A stretch of 64,000 bases of DNA from Bacteroidaceae bacterium (GTDB lineage Bacteria; Bacteroidota; Bacteroidia; Bacteroidales; Bacteroidaceae), in NCBI GenBank assembly GCA_017529865.1, contig JAFXNA010000018.1, positions 105,138 through 169,137 on the forward strand, given 5' to 3'. The notes below the pieces were generated by a model. The model was not told the DNA's origin. It ran no database searches and saw only the letters and a program-made list of their open reading frames with translations. The translations under genes were made by a program, and so were the position numbers. Shown here piece after piece: positions 47,988 to 56,996 of the stretch (within the stretch, counting starts at the first letter, position 1; each line of letters begins with the position of its first letter).

Positions 47988-48330
47988 GGTCTCACGGTCT
48001 CAACGGTCTCAACGGTCCGGCGTGAGGTTCCAGGTCGCTGGGGGAACTTGATTCTTAGGCCTTGATAATTTTCCTTCTTAGGCTTGAAAAATTATTTTTT
48101 AAGGCATACAAGAATATTTTCTTAGGCTCGAAAGTTTTCGACTGAAACTTGATGCCTGAAGCGGGGGACTTGGAATTTTTTTTGACATGACCAAATTTTC
48201 AAAAATAAATTTTCGGGAAAAAACGGGGAAACTGGGCTTTTGGAGAAACGTAATATCACGGGCAGCGAAACGTAACCTCACACCTCATGAAACGTAATCT
48301 CTCGGGGCGAGAAGTTACGTTTTCTGAATC
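47988..48330. repeat. cluster of short phased direct-repeat arrays in a gene-free region
   Basis: (cggtctcaa) x3 at 47988-48018. TTnTTAGGC boxes at 48052, 48075, 48099 and 48119 (spacings of 23, 24 and 20 nt). GAAACGTAA at 48245, 48267 and 48289 (exactly 22-nt period), plus an inverted copy that forms a hairpin at 48289-48324. Confidence 0.8.
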
Positions 48331-48612
48331 GGCTGTTTTTGTAAAGTGAAGAGAGCAATGAAATTAGGGGGAGAGTCAACCTTATTCAGGAAAAGACAAT
48401 CTGAGTTAACTTATCTCAGTACAAGAAATTCTCGCTGGAATTACAACGGGAAAGTACGAAATCAGAAGTCAGGAAAGATGTGTGGAACAGGCATGTGCTT
48501 TTTTTGCTTCCTTTGCAACCTTGTAATATGGATTTATGTGTGCTGTCAATGGATTCGTGGTTCAAACGTTTAATAGTTCGGTGGTTTAATGGCCGAATTA
48601 CAAAATTTTTTG

Positions 48613-48620
48613 TAACTTTG
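48613..48620 (+). promoter_or_regulatory. argS -7 box TAacTTTG
   Basis: tttttgTAacTTTGcagcc, 49 nt upstream of the ATG at 48669. The same tgtaactttgc core occurs in the promoter at 22673. Confidence 0.5.
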
Positions 48621-48668
48621 CAGCCGGATTAGCTTAGTAGGTTAATTGCTTAGTAGCTTAGTAGAATT

Positions 48669-50474
48669 ATGATGTCAATTGAAAATAGAATAATCAAGGC
48701 TGTAAAGGATGGCATTCAATCGCTTTACGGCGTAGATGTGGACGAGAAACAGATTCAGGTGCAGCAGACCAGAAGTGAGTTTGAAGGCCAACTGACTGTG
48801 GTGGTGTTCCCCTTCCTTCGTGCTTCGAAGAAAGGCCCCGAGCAGACTGGTCAGGAGCTGGGACAATATCTGAAGGAGAACCTGAGCGAGGTGGTTGCCA
48901 ACTTTAATGTGGTGAAGGGATTCCTGAACTTGGTGATCTCGAGCCAGAGTTGGTTGGAGTTGCTGCAAGCTATCAATGCAGACGAGCAGTTCGGTTTCGT
49001 AAGTGCCACCGAGGACAGTCCGCTGGTGATGATAGAATACAGTTCGCCGAATACCAATAAGCCGCTCCACTTGGGTCATGTGCGCAACAACCTGCTGGGG
49101 TCTTCCTTGGCTCGTATCGTTGCGGCAAATGGCAACAAGGTGGTGAAGACCAATATCGTGAACGACCGCGGTATTCACATCTGTAAGTCGATGTTGGCTT
49201 GGTTGAAGTACGGTAACGGTGAGACTCCGGAATCTTCTGGCAAGAAGGGTGACCACCTGATAGGTGACTATTATGTGGCCTTCGACCAGCACTACCGTCA
49301 GGAGGTGAAGGAGCTCGTGGCGCAAGGTATGGATGAGGAACAAGCCAAGCAGGAGGCTCCACTCATCAAGGAAGCACACGAGATGTTGGTGAAGTGGGAG
49401 CAGAACGACCCTGAGGTGCGTGCGTTGTGGAAAAAGATGAACGAGTGGGTATATGCCGGCTTCGACGAGACCTACAAGATGATGGGTGTGTCGTTCGATA
49501 AGATATACTATGAATCTGACACCTATCTGGAAGGTAAGGAGAAGGTGATGGAAGGACTGGAAAAGGGTATCTTCTATCGCAGAGAGGACGGTTCGGTATG
49601 GGCCGACCTCACCAAAGACGGACTGGACGAGAAGTTGCTGCTGAGAAGCGACGGAACCAGTGTGTATATGACTCAGGATATCGGAACGGCGAAGTTGCGT
49701 TTCCAGGACTTCCCTATCGATAAGATGATTTATGTGGTGGGCAATGAGCAAAACTATCACTTCCAAGTGTTGTCGATTCTGCTTGACAAACTGGGATTCA
49801 AGTGGGGCAAGGACCTTGTTCACTTCTCCTACGGTATGGTGGAATTGCCAAGCGGTAAGATGAAGAGCCGTGAGGGTACCGTTGTGGATGCCGACGATCT
49901 GATTGCCAAGATGATTGAAGATGCCTATCAGGTATCGAAAGAGATGGGCAAGAACGAAGACATCCCAGAAGAGGAGGCTCGTGAGATAGCAAGAAAAGTG
50001 GGACTGGGTGCGTTGAAATACTTCATCCTGAAGGTTGATGCCCGTAAGAACATGCTGTTCAACCCAGCCGAGAGTATCGACTTCAATGGTAATACAGGCC
50101 CGTTCATCCAGTATACGTATGCCCGTATATCATCCATTTTGCGTAAGGCAAAGGAGGCAGGCATTGATCTGAGTGTTCTGAATACTCTGAGTAATCAGAT
50201 TACGCTGAGTGAGAAGGAAATCACGCTCATCCAGAAACTCAACAGCTTTGAAGCAGCAGTACGTCAGGCTGGTCAGGATTACAGTCCATCAGGCATTGCA
50301 AACTACTGTTATGAGCTGACCAAGGAATATAACCAGTTCTATCACGACTTCAGCATCCTGAGAGAGGAGGACGAGCAAAAGAAGCAGTTCCGACTGATGC
50401 TCTCGAAGTGTGTTGCGAAGGTGTTGAACGAAGGTATGGGACTGTTGGGTATTGAGATGCCTGAGAGGATGTGA
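48669..50474 (+). CDS. argS: arginine--tRNA ligase
   Basis: SSPNTNKPLHLGHVRN (HIGH-type) and a C-terminal anticodon-binding domain ending ..GIEMPERM. Confidence 0.96.
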   Translation: MMSIENRIIKAVKDGIQSLYGVDVDEKQIQVQQTRSEFEGQLTVVVFPFLRASKKGPEQTGQELGQYLKENLSEVVANFNVVKGFLNLVISSQSWLELLQAINADEQFGFVSATEDSPLVMIEYSSPNTNKPLHLGHVRNNLLGSSLARIVAANGNKVVKTNIVNDRGIHICKSMLAWLKYGNGETPESSGKKGDHLIGDYYVAFDQHYRQEVKELVAQGMDEEQAKQEAPLIKEAHEMLVKWEQNDPEVRALWKKMNEWVYAGFDETYKMMGVSFDKIYYESDTYLEGKEKVMEGLEKGIFYRREDGSVWADLTKDGLDEKLLLRSDGTSVYMTQDIGTAKLRFQDFPIDKMIYVVGNEQNYHFQVLSILLDKLGFKWGKDLVHFSYGMVELPSGKMKSREGTVVDADDLIAKMIEDAYQVSKEMGKNEDIPEEEAREIARKVGLGALKYFILKVDARKNMLFNPAESIDFNGNTGPFIQYTYARISSILRKAKEAGIDLSVLNTLSNQITLSEKEITLIQKLNSFEAAVRQAGQDYSPSGIANYCYELTKEYNQFYHDFSILREEDEQKKQFRLMLSKCVAKVLNEGMGLLGIEMPERM

Positions 50475-50476
50475 TG

Positions 50477-50509
50477 TAATGCATAATTCATAATGCATAA
50501 TTCATAATT
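50477..50509 (+). repeat. period-7 TAA array (taatgca/taattca x2.5) after argS
   Basis: TAA at 50477, 50484, 50491, 50498 and 50505. Confidence 0.85.
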
Positions 50510-50537
50510 GACTCCGTCGAACTAAAGTTTCATAATT
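50504..50537. repeat. 34-bp dispersed repeat, copy 2
   Basis: ataattgactccgtcgaactaaagtttcataatt; one mismatch to 3485-3518. Confidence 0.85.
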
Positions 50538-50541
50538 AGAG

Positions 50542-50952
50542 GTGGAAAGGGTAAACGAGGCGTTGTGTGTGGATGCTGCATGTAGCGGAAATCCGGGGAA
50601 AATGGAATATCGGGGGGTACATATCCCTTCGGGTAAAGAAATATTCCATTATGGACCTGTGTATGGCACGAATAACATCGGAGAATTTCTGGCTATCGTT
50701 CATGCGTTGGCATTGTTGAAGAAAAAAGGGTCGAACATGACCATCTATTCCGACAGTTTCACCGCTCGCACTTGGGTGCAAAAGAAGAAATGTAAGACCA
50801 ATCTGGAGCGAAACGAGAAGACGGAACAGCTGTATCAGATTATCGCACGGGCAGAGAACTGGCTTCGCAACAACACCTATTCGAATGCCATTGAAACGTG
50901 GCAGACGGATGAATGGGGTGAGATTCCTGCAGATTTCGGAAGGAAAAAATAA
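50542..50952 (+). CDS. RNase H1-type catalytic domain protein lacking the usual N-terminal hybrid-binding domain
   Basis: VDAACSGNPG.MEYRGV, TNNIGEFLAIVHAL, IYSDS, WGEIPADFGRK. Only a GTG start is available, immediately after the dispersed repeat. Confidence 0.7.
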   Translation: MERVNEALCVDAACSGNPGKMEYRGVHIPSGKEIFHYGPVYGTNNIGEFLAIVHALALLKKKGSNMTIYSDSFTARTWVQKKKCKTNLERNEKTEQLYQIIARAENWLRNNTYSNAIETWQTDEWGEIPADFGRKK

Positions 50953-50958
50953 AAAGAT

Positions 50959-50987
50959 AGCCCCTCTCTAACTCCCCCGAGGGGGAG
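50959..50987 (+). repeat. GC-rich hairpin element, intergenic copy
   Basis: 29/29 identity with 5843-5871. Confidence 0.85.
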
Positions 50988-50998
50988 AACTGGGAACC

Positions 50999-51032
50999 TT
51001 AAATGGTAAATGGTTAAATGGTCAATAAATAG
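50999..51032 (+). repeat. TAAATGG-type repeat upstream of the ABC transporter gene
   Basis: ttaaatggtaaatggttaaatggtcaataaatag; its stop triplets fall in all three frames. Confidence 0.7.
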
Positions 51033-52886
51033 ATGAGAGAGTTCTTCAAATTGATGGGATTGTATTTCCGTCCCTATAAAGGTTACATCATAGGTACGTT
51101 TGGCATGAACATATTGACAGCGCTATTCAATGTGTTCTCATTTGCCTTGCTCGTACCCATCCTGCATATCCTGTTTAAGATCGAGGACAAGGTATATACT
51201 TATATGCCAATTGAAGCAGGAGATACCTTTGGACAGACCGTCGATAACCTTATCGAGGCCTCGAAGAACAATGGCTACTACTACTCACAACAGTTGGTAG
51301 AGACCTACGGGCCTGCTACCACGCTGTTGATTCTAGGTTTGATACTTGGTTTGCTGACATTGCTGAAGACCGGTTCGTATTTTGGCGGTTCGGCTTGCCT
51401 GATGCCCATCAAGACTGGTATCGTTCGCGATATACGTGCGAAAATCTACAAGAAGATACTCCATCTGCCCCTTGCGTTCTTCTCAGACGAACGAAAAGGT
51501 GATATCCTGGCACGAATCAGTACAGATGTGAACGAGGTGGATTCATCGATTGGCAGTTCGCTCGATATGGTCATTAAGAACCCCATCTTCATTCTGGTGT
51601 ATCTTGGCACCTTGTTTGCCATGAGTTGGCAACTCACCCTCTTTGTACTGATTGTGATACCATTCATGGCAATCGGAATCGGTCGTATCGGTAAGAAGCT
51701 CAAAAGCAACTCGCTGAAAGCACAGGCCCGATGGAGCGATGGGCTGAGTATCATCGAAGAAACGCTGGGTGGACTTCGCATCATCAAGGCCTTCATCGCC
51801 GAGAAGAAGATGGAGGATAAGTTTATAGCTGTCAATGATGAATACCGCAAGATTTCGATGCGAGTAGCAATCCGTCAGTCGTCAGCTCATCCTGTGAGTG
51901 AGTTCTTGGGTACACTGATGATTGTCATTGTGTTGTGGTTTGGTGGTTATCTGATTTTCTCAGGCAATTCACCGATTGATGCAAGTGCTTTCATTTACTA
52001 CCTGACCATTCTCTATACAATCCTCCAGCCAGTGAAAGACCTGTCGAAGGCTGGTTATACCATCCAGAAAGGTATGGCATCGATGGAACGTATCAATAAG
52101 ATACTCGATGCGCAAAACAACATCAAGGAAATAGAGAATGCGAAAGAAATAGACGGGCTGAAGGAATCGATCGAATTGCGTCATGTGTCCTTCTCATATA
52201 ATGAAAATCGCGAGATACTGACAGACATCAACCTCGTGATTCCAAAAGGACAGACGATAGCATTGGTAGGGCAGTCGGGCTCAGGCAAATCGACATTGGT
52301 AGACCTCATTCCTCGCTATCACGACATCCAGTCGGGTGAGATACTGATTGATGGTGTGAATATCAAGGAGATGAAGATACAGTCGCTACGAAGCATCATC
52401 GGCAATGTGAACCAGGAAGCCATTCTGTTCAACGACACCGTCTTCAACAACATCGCGTTTGGTGTAGAAAACGCTACGATGGAACAAGTGGAACAAGCGG
52501 CAAAGATTGCCAATGCACACGATTTCATCATGGAGATGGAACAGGGCTATCAGACCAATGTAGGTGATCGTGGAGGAAGACTTTCGGGCGGCCAGCGTCA
52601 GCGTATCTCCATCGCTCGTGCCATCCTGAAAAACCCACCGATCCTGATTCTCGACGAGGCAACTTCGGCACTCGACACAGAATCCGAGAAACTGGTACAG
52701 GATGCACTGGAACGCCTGATGAAGTCGAGGACGACAATTGCAATCGCCCACCGCTTGTCGACCATCAAGAATGCACAATGTATCTATGTATTGCATGAAG
52801 GCAGAATCGTAGAACACGGCACACATGAAGAGTTGCTGGCAATTGATGGGTATTACAAGAAGCTGAATGATATGCAGCAATTGTAA
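51033..52886 (+). CDS. ABC transporter, fused permease/ATP-binding protein (MsbA-like exporter)
   Basis: Six-TM domain, Walker A GQSGSGKST, LSGGQRQR, ILILDEATSALD. Confidence 0.88.
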   Translation: MREFFKLMGLYFRPYKGYIIGTFGMNILTALFNVFSFALLVPILHILFKIEDKVYTYMPIEAGDTFGQTVDNLIEASKNNGYYYSQQLVETYGPATTLLILGLILGLLTLLKTGSYFGGSACLMPIKTGIVRDIRAKIYKKILHLPLAFFSDERKGDILARISTDVNEVDSSIGSSLDMVIKNPIFILVYLGTLFAMSWQLTLFVLIVIPFMAIGIGRIGKKLKSNSLKAQARWSDGLSIIEETLGGLRIIKAFIAEKKMEDKFIAVNDEYRKISMRVAIRQSSAHPVSEFLGTLMIVIVLWFGGYLIFSGNSPIDASAFIYYLTILYTILQPVKDLSKAGYTIQKGMASMERINKILDAQNNIKEIENAKEIDGLKESIELRHVSFSYNENREILTDINLVIPKGQTIALVGQSGSGKSTLVDLIPRYHDIQSGEILIDGVNIKEMKIQSLRSIIGNVNQEAILFNDTVFNNIAFGVENATMEQVEQAAKIANAHDFIMEMEQGYQTNVGDRGGRLSGGQRQRISIARAILKNPPILILDEATSALDTESEKLVQDALERLMKSRTTIAIAHRLSTIKNAQCIYVLHEGRIVEHGTHEELLAIDGYYKKLNDMQQL

Positions 52887-52920
52887 AGATTAAAGTAGAT
52901 AGTTTATAGAAAGATAGATA

Positions 52921-54186
52921 ATGGGATATTTATTTACATCAGAATCAGTGAGCGAAGGACATCCTGACAAGGTAGCCGACCAGATATCGGATGCCGTGTT
53001 GGATCATTTCCTTGCTTTCGATGAGGATTCAAAGGTAGCATGTGAAACACTTGTGACAACCGGATTGGTTGTCGTGGCAGGCGAAGTGAACTCGAAAGCA
53101 TACATCGACCTGCAGGAAGTTGCTCGTAAGGTGATTGGCAAGATTGGCTATACGAAGGCAGAGTATAAGTTCGAGGCAGAGAGTTGTGGACTTCTCTCGG
53201 CGATTCATGAGCAGAGTGCCGATATCAATCAGGGTGTGGTTCGCGAGAAACTCGAAGACCAAGGAGCAGGCGATCAAGGTATCATGTTCGGATATGCTAC
53301 GAATGAAACCGCCAATTATATGCCACTTGCGCTCGATCTGAGTCATCATCTGTTAAGAACGCTTGCTGCAATTCGGCATGAAGGCCGTCAGATGACCTAT
53401 CTGCGTCCCGACAGCAAGAGTCAGGTAACGATTGAATATGGTGATGACGGAAAGCCAAAAAGAATCGATTCCATCGTGATTTCCACACAGCATGACCCAT
53501 TCCTTGACGACGATAATGCGATGTTGGAACAAATCAAGAAGGATGTGAAAACCATCCTGATTCCTCGTGTCATCAGCGAGACCAAGGAAGAATATATCAA
53601 GGCGTTGTTCAACGATGACATCAAGTACTATGTGAACCCAACAGGCAAGTTCGTCATTGGAGGCCCACATGGTGACACTGGTCTGACAGGCCGCAAGATA
53701 ATCGTTGATACCTACGGAGGCAAAGGTGCGCACGGTGGAGGGGCTTTCTCGGGTAAAGATCCAAGTAAGGTAGACCGCTCAGCTGCCTATGCTGCACGTC
53801 ATATAGCCAAGAACATGGTTGCTGCAGGGGTTGCAGACGAAATGTTAGTACAGTTGAGCTATGCTATCGGTGTAGCAGAACCTGTCAGCATCTATGTAAA
53901 CACCTATGGTCACTCAAACGTGGCTATGACCGATGGAGAGATAGCCAAGAAAATCCACGAGATGTTCGACCTGCGTCCATACGCCATCGAGCGCGACCTG
54001 AAATTGCGTAAGCCAATTTATACAGAAACAGCTGCATACGGTCACATGGGACGTGAGCCACAGGTCGTCGAGAAACATTTCTTCAGTCCTTACCAATCAG
54101 GAGGAAAGAAAGATATGACTGTCGAACTCTTCACTTGGGAGAAACTCGATGAGGTAGACCGTATTAAGAAAGAGTTCAGACTTTAA
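52921..54186 (+). CDS. metK: S-adenosylmethionine synthase
   Basis: [40 protein letters not shown]. Confidence 0.97.
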   Translation: MGYLFTSESVSEGHPDKVADQISDAVLDHFLAFDEDSKVACETLVTTGLVVVAGEVNSKAYIDLQEVARKVIGKIGYTKAEYKFEAESCGLLSAIHEQSADINQGVVREKLEDQGAGDQGIMFGYATNETANYMPLALDLSHHLLRTLAAIRHEGRQMTYLRPDSKSQVTIEYGDDGKPKRIDSIVISTQHDPFLDDDNAMLEQIKKDVKTILIPRVISETKEEYIKALFNDDIKYYVNPTGKFVIGGPHGDTGLTGRKIIVDTYGGKGAHGGGAFSGKDPSKVDRSAAYAARHIAKNMVAAGVADEMLVQLSYAIGVAEPVSIYVNTYGHSNVAMTDGEIAKKIHEMFDLRPYAIERDLKLRKPIYTETAAYGHMGREPQVVEKHFFSPYQSGGKKDMTVELFTWEKLDEVDRIKKEFRL

Positions 54187-54243
54187 AAATAGACATTAGA
54201 CATTAGACTTTAGGCTTTAGAGAATAAACACTAGACTTTAGAG
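54187..54243 (+). repeat. eight stop triplets at exact 7-nt spacing after metK
   Basis: TAG/TAA at 54190, 54197, 54204, 54211, 54218, 54225, 54232 and 54239. Confidence 0.9.
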
Positions 54244-54249
54244 TGGGAG

Positions 54250-54924
54250 ATGGAAGAAGGGATTGCAATTGCCAGCCGTAGCTATTTGATGCGCAATGAT
54301 GACGTGATGACCATTGGAGCCATCTTGTCGTTCGTACTGTTCACTTTTGTGCTCTATCGTAGCCGTATGGTGTTTATGTACAAAATCACCACCTTCTTCT
54401 CCTCACGTCAGATTTATTCATCGAATGAAGTCAGTGTCAGTAATCGCGAGATTGTCGACATCCTTTTGCTGATTGTGCTGGGTTGCCTTTCTATTGGCAT
54501 CATCCTCTTTTCTGATATCTACGCTCCCTCCACTTCAAGATATGGAATCATTGCATTGCTCACTCTTGGATGTGCGCTATTAATTGTTTTTAAAGGGATA
54601 TTATATGCGATTGTCAACTGGACATTCTTCAGTGTCAGTCAAGGAAATGCATGGCTTTCCGCCTTTCTGTTTTCTGTAGCAATTGTATCAGCACTTGCGT
54701 TCCCATTATCACTACTGCGTGTCTTTTGTGTAGATATGTTTGTTAACATAACACATTGTCTAATCGGACTTATCATTTTGCAGAAAATCATATTGCTCTG
54801 TAAGCTCTATGCCCACTTTCGGCCTAAAAAATATGGCGGATTGCTGTTTTTTTTGTACTTTTGCAGCGTCGAAATTATGCCAACGCTTATTGCGTGGCAA
54901 TTGATGAGTAGAACAGCCGAGTAA
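54250..54924 (+). CDS. multi-pass membrane protein (DUF4271-like)
   Basis: 224 aa with about 6 hydrophobic helices. Sits upstream of hemD, as in other Bacteroidetes. Confidence 0.5.
   Translation: MEEGIAIASRSYLMRNDDVMTIGAILSFVLFTFVLYRSRMVFMYKITTFFSSRQIYSSNEVSVSNREIVDILLLIVLGCLSIGIILFSDIYAPSTSRYGIIALLTLGCALLIVFKGILYAIVNWTFFSVSQGNAWLSAFLFSVAIVSALAFPLSLLRVFCVDMFVNITHCLIGLIILQKIILLCKLYAHFRPKKYGGLLFFLYFCSVEIMPTLIAWQLMSRTAE
54856..54863 (+). promoter_or_regulatory. -7 box TActTTTG inside the 3' end of the preceding gene
   Basis: 86 nt upstream of the ATG at 54949. Confidence 0.35.
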
Positions 54925-54948
54925 TATATTACATAAAATAAAACGTTG

Positions 54949-55686
54949 ATGACAAAGAAAATTTTAGTTTCTCAACCCAAACCCCAAACAGAGAAGTCAC
55001 CTTATTTTGATTTGGCAGCGAAATACGGAGTAGAGATTGTGTTTAGGCCTTTCATTCGTATAGACAACATGCCACCACAAGATTTCCGTCAGCAAAGAGT
55101 TTCGATACTCGACCATACAGCCGTAATTTTTTCTTCACGTCATGGAATCGACCATTTCTTTTCGTTGTGTAAGGAACTGAGAGTGTCTATTCCTGAAGGT
55201 ATGAAGTATTTCTGCAAATCAGAAATCATTGCACTCTATCTGCAAAAGTATATCCAGTATCGCAAGCGTAAGGTGTTCTTCCCATTGAGTGGCAAGATGG
55301 ACGATTTGATTCCAATCATGGTTAAACACAAGACTGAGAAATACTTTGTGCCACAGTCATCAGCGCACGACGATGAGTTGAAGAATAAACTGGATGCAGC
55401 CAATCTGTTCCATTCAGAGGCTGTTATGTACTATACCGTTCCCAATGATTTCGGCCCAGATGAAGCATTCGATTATGACATGCTTGTGTTTTTCAGTCCA
55501 GAAGGTATTCACTCATTGCTGAAGAACTTCCCCGACTTCAACCAAGGAGATATCGCCATTGCTTGTTTGGGTGCCAAAACCATTGAGGAAGCCGAGAAGC
55601 AGCACCTGAGAGTCGATATGCAGCCGACAGCAGAATTACGATCGGTGCCTGCAATGATTGAAGACTATATCAAAAAGCATCAGTAG
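54949..55686 (+). CDS. hemD: uroporphyrinogen-III synthase (HemD-domain protein)
   Basis: KILVSQPKP......PYFDL, with a two-lobed HemD-like pattern. The ATG at 54949 is preferred over the TTG at 54946. Confidence 0.65.
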   Translation: MTKKILVSQPKPQTEKSPYFDLAAKYGVEIVFRPFIRIDNMPPQDFRQQRVSILDHTAVIFSSRHGIDHFFSLCKELRVSIPEGMKYFCKSEIIALYLQKYIQYRKRKVFFPLSGKMDDLIPIMVKHKTEKYFVPQSSAHDDELKNKLDAANLFHSEAVMYYTVPNDFGPDEAFDYDMLVFFSPEGIHSLLKNFPDFNQGDIAIACLGAKTIEEAEKQHLRVDMQPTAELRSVPAMIEDYIKKHQ

Positions 55687-56092
55687 GCTTAGTAATATCA
55701 TCTTGGAACCCAAAGGATTACAATCATTTAAGAAGGCAGAACGGATTACCAGCAAACTCCTCATTGATCGTTTGTTCAATGGAGAAGGCTCTTCTATGGT
55801 TGTTTTTCCTTTTCGTGTGGTCTACATCAGGATTCCTAAGGGAGATGTTCCTGTATCCATTTTGGTCAGTGTGCCCAAGAAACGTTTTCATAAGGCCGTC
55901 GACCGTAACAGGATGAAACGGCTTACCCGTGAGGCCTATCGCCGGCAAAAACAGATCTTATGGAATGCAATGGAGGAATCTGACGAAAGTATCGCCATCG
56001 CATTTATTTGTATTGCTTCCAGTCTGTGTACGTATGCCAACGTATACAAAAGCATGAATAAGATATTAACTCGGATTGCAGACATAGCATGA
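55658..56092 (+). CDS. rnpA: ribonuclease P protein component
   Basis: [29 protein letters not shown]. The exact start is uncertain, and the ORF overlaps the hemD end. Confidence 0.75.
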   Translation: MKTISKSISRLSNIILEPKGLQSFKKAERITSKLLIDRLFNGEGSSMVVFPFRVVYIRIPKGDVPVSILVSVPKKRFHKAVDRNRMKRLTREAYRRQKQILWNAMEESDESIAIAFICIASSLCTYANVYKSMNKILTRIADIA

Positions 56093-56331
56093 AAGATGTG
56101 TATCGATATATCATCAAAGGATTAGGAATGATTTTACTCGTTCCTATTTTCTTTTATCAGCGTTGCATATCTCCTATGTTTCCCCCAACTTGCCGATTCA
56201 CCCCCACTTGTTCCCAGTATGCTGTAGAGGCCATCAAGAAACACGGGCCGTTCTATGGTTTGTATTTAGCCGTTCGGCGTATTCTGCGCTGTCACCCTTG
56301 GGGCGGCTCAGGGTATGACCCAGTTCCTTAA
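56089..56331 (+). CDS. yidD: membrane protein insertion efficiency factor YidD
   Basis: YQR.ISP......CRF.PTCS.YA.EAI..HG, and CHPWGG.GYDPVP. Confidence 0.92.
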   Translation: MKDVYRYIIKGLGMILLVPIFFYQRCISPMFPPTCRFTPTCSQYAVEAIKKHGPFYGLYLAVRRILRCHPWGGSGYDPVP

Positions 56332-56333
56332 AT

Positions 56334-56996
56334 ATGATGATTCCGTATATCGACATCCACACACACCATAATCAGTCAACCTCTGATGTGATTGCCGTCA
56401 GGAATTACGACTTTGATGCAACTCCCATCGGGTTATCATCCGTTGGAGTGCATCCTTGGCAATCAGTTACGATTAACACAGATGCCGATTTCATCAACAG
56501 CAGTATGATGGAAGTGGAGGCAAAGTGTATGATGCCACAAGTAGTGATGATTGGGGAGACAGGACTGGATGCCCTTCGAGGAGCAGATATGGAGACTCAA
56601 CAAGCATTGTTCTTGCGACATATTGCTTTATCCGAACGATTGGGGAAACCGCTTGTTATTCATTGCGTGAAAGCGGTCGAAGAGGTGGTGGCGATTCACA
56701 AGCAACAACGTCCTATTCAACCATGGATTATTCATGGTTTTCGCAAAAAAGCACAGTTGGCTAAGCAGTTCCTTCAACAAGGTATTTCCCTCTCGTTTGG
56801 TCCGCGGTATGATGTTGAGGCAATGCAGGCAGCCTACGAAGCAAATGCGCTGTGGCTGGAAACAGATGATACGGATGCGGCGATAACGGATTTATATCAA
56901 GAAGCAGCCAACGTTCTCTCTGTGTCTGTTGAGGAATTAAAACTCAACATATATCAACGAGCAATTCAGCTATCGTCTTTGTTTCGTTCGGAATAA
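56334..56996 (+). CDS. TatD-family metal-dependent hydrolase
   Basis: IDIHTHH, GETGLD, PLVIHCV, and a C-terminal ETD motif. Confidence 0.75.
   Translation: MMIPYIDIHTHHNQSTSDVIAVRNYDFDATPIGLSSVGVHPWQSVTINTDADFINSSMMEVEAKCMMPQVVMIGETGLDALRGADMETQQALFLRHIALSERLGKPLVIHCVKAVEEVVAIHKQQRPIQPWIIHGFRKKAQLAKQFLQQGISLSFGPRYDVEAMQAAYEANALWLETDDTDAAITDLYQEAANVLSVSVEELKLNIYQRAIQLSSLFRSE

Noticed and set aside
47988-48330. Degenerate CRISPR array or replication origin
   Set aside because: The repeat cores are only 9 nt with a 20-24-nt period, far from CRISPR repeat and spacer sizes, and no cas genes are present. I saw no perfect DnaA box (TTATCCACA or its complement) and no dnaA nearby. It is reported as an unexplained repeat region instead.
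48346-48573. 75-aa ORF with a Cys-rich hydrophobic tail (possible small toxin)
   Set aside because: It starts at a GTG inside a GTGAAGAG repeat. It has no promoter box upstream and no partner antitoxin or sRNA signal that I could see. The composition fits a chance ORF.
48675-49823. 382-aa ORF on the minus strand
   Set aside because: It lies entirely antisense to argS, whose product has clear class I synthetase motifs. The antisense product is a low-complexity, Leu/His/Gln-rich shadow with no start context or promoter box.
52887-52920. SAM riboswitch upstream of metK
   Set aside because: The spacer is only 34 nt, too short for any known SAM riboswitch class.
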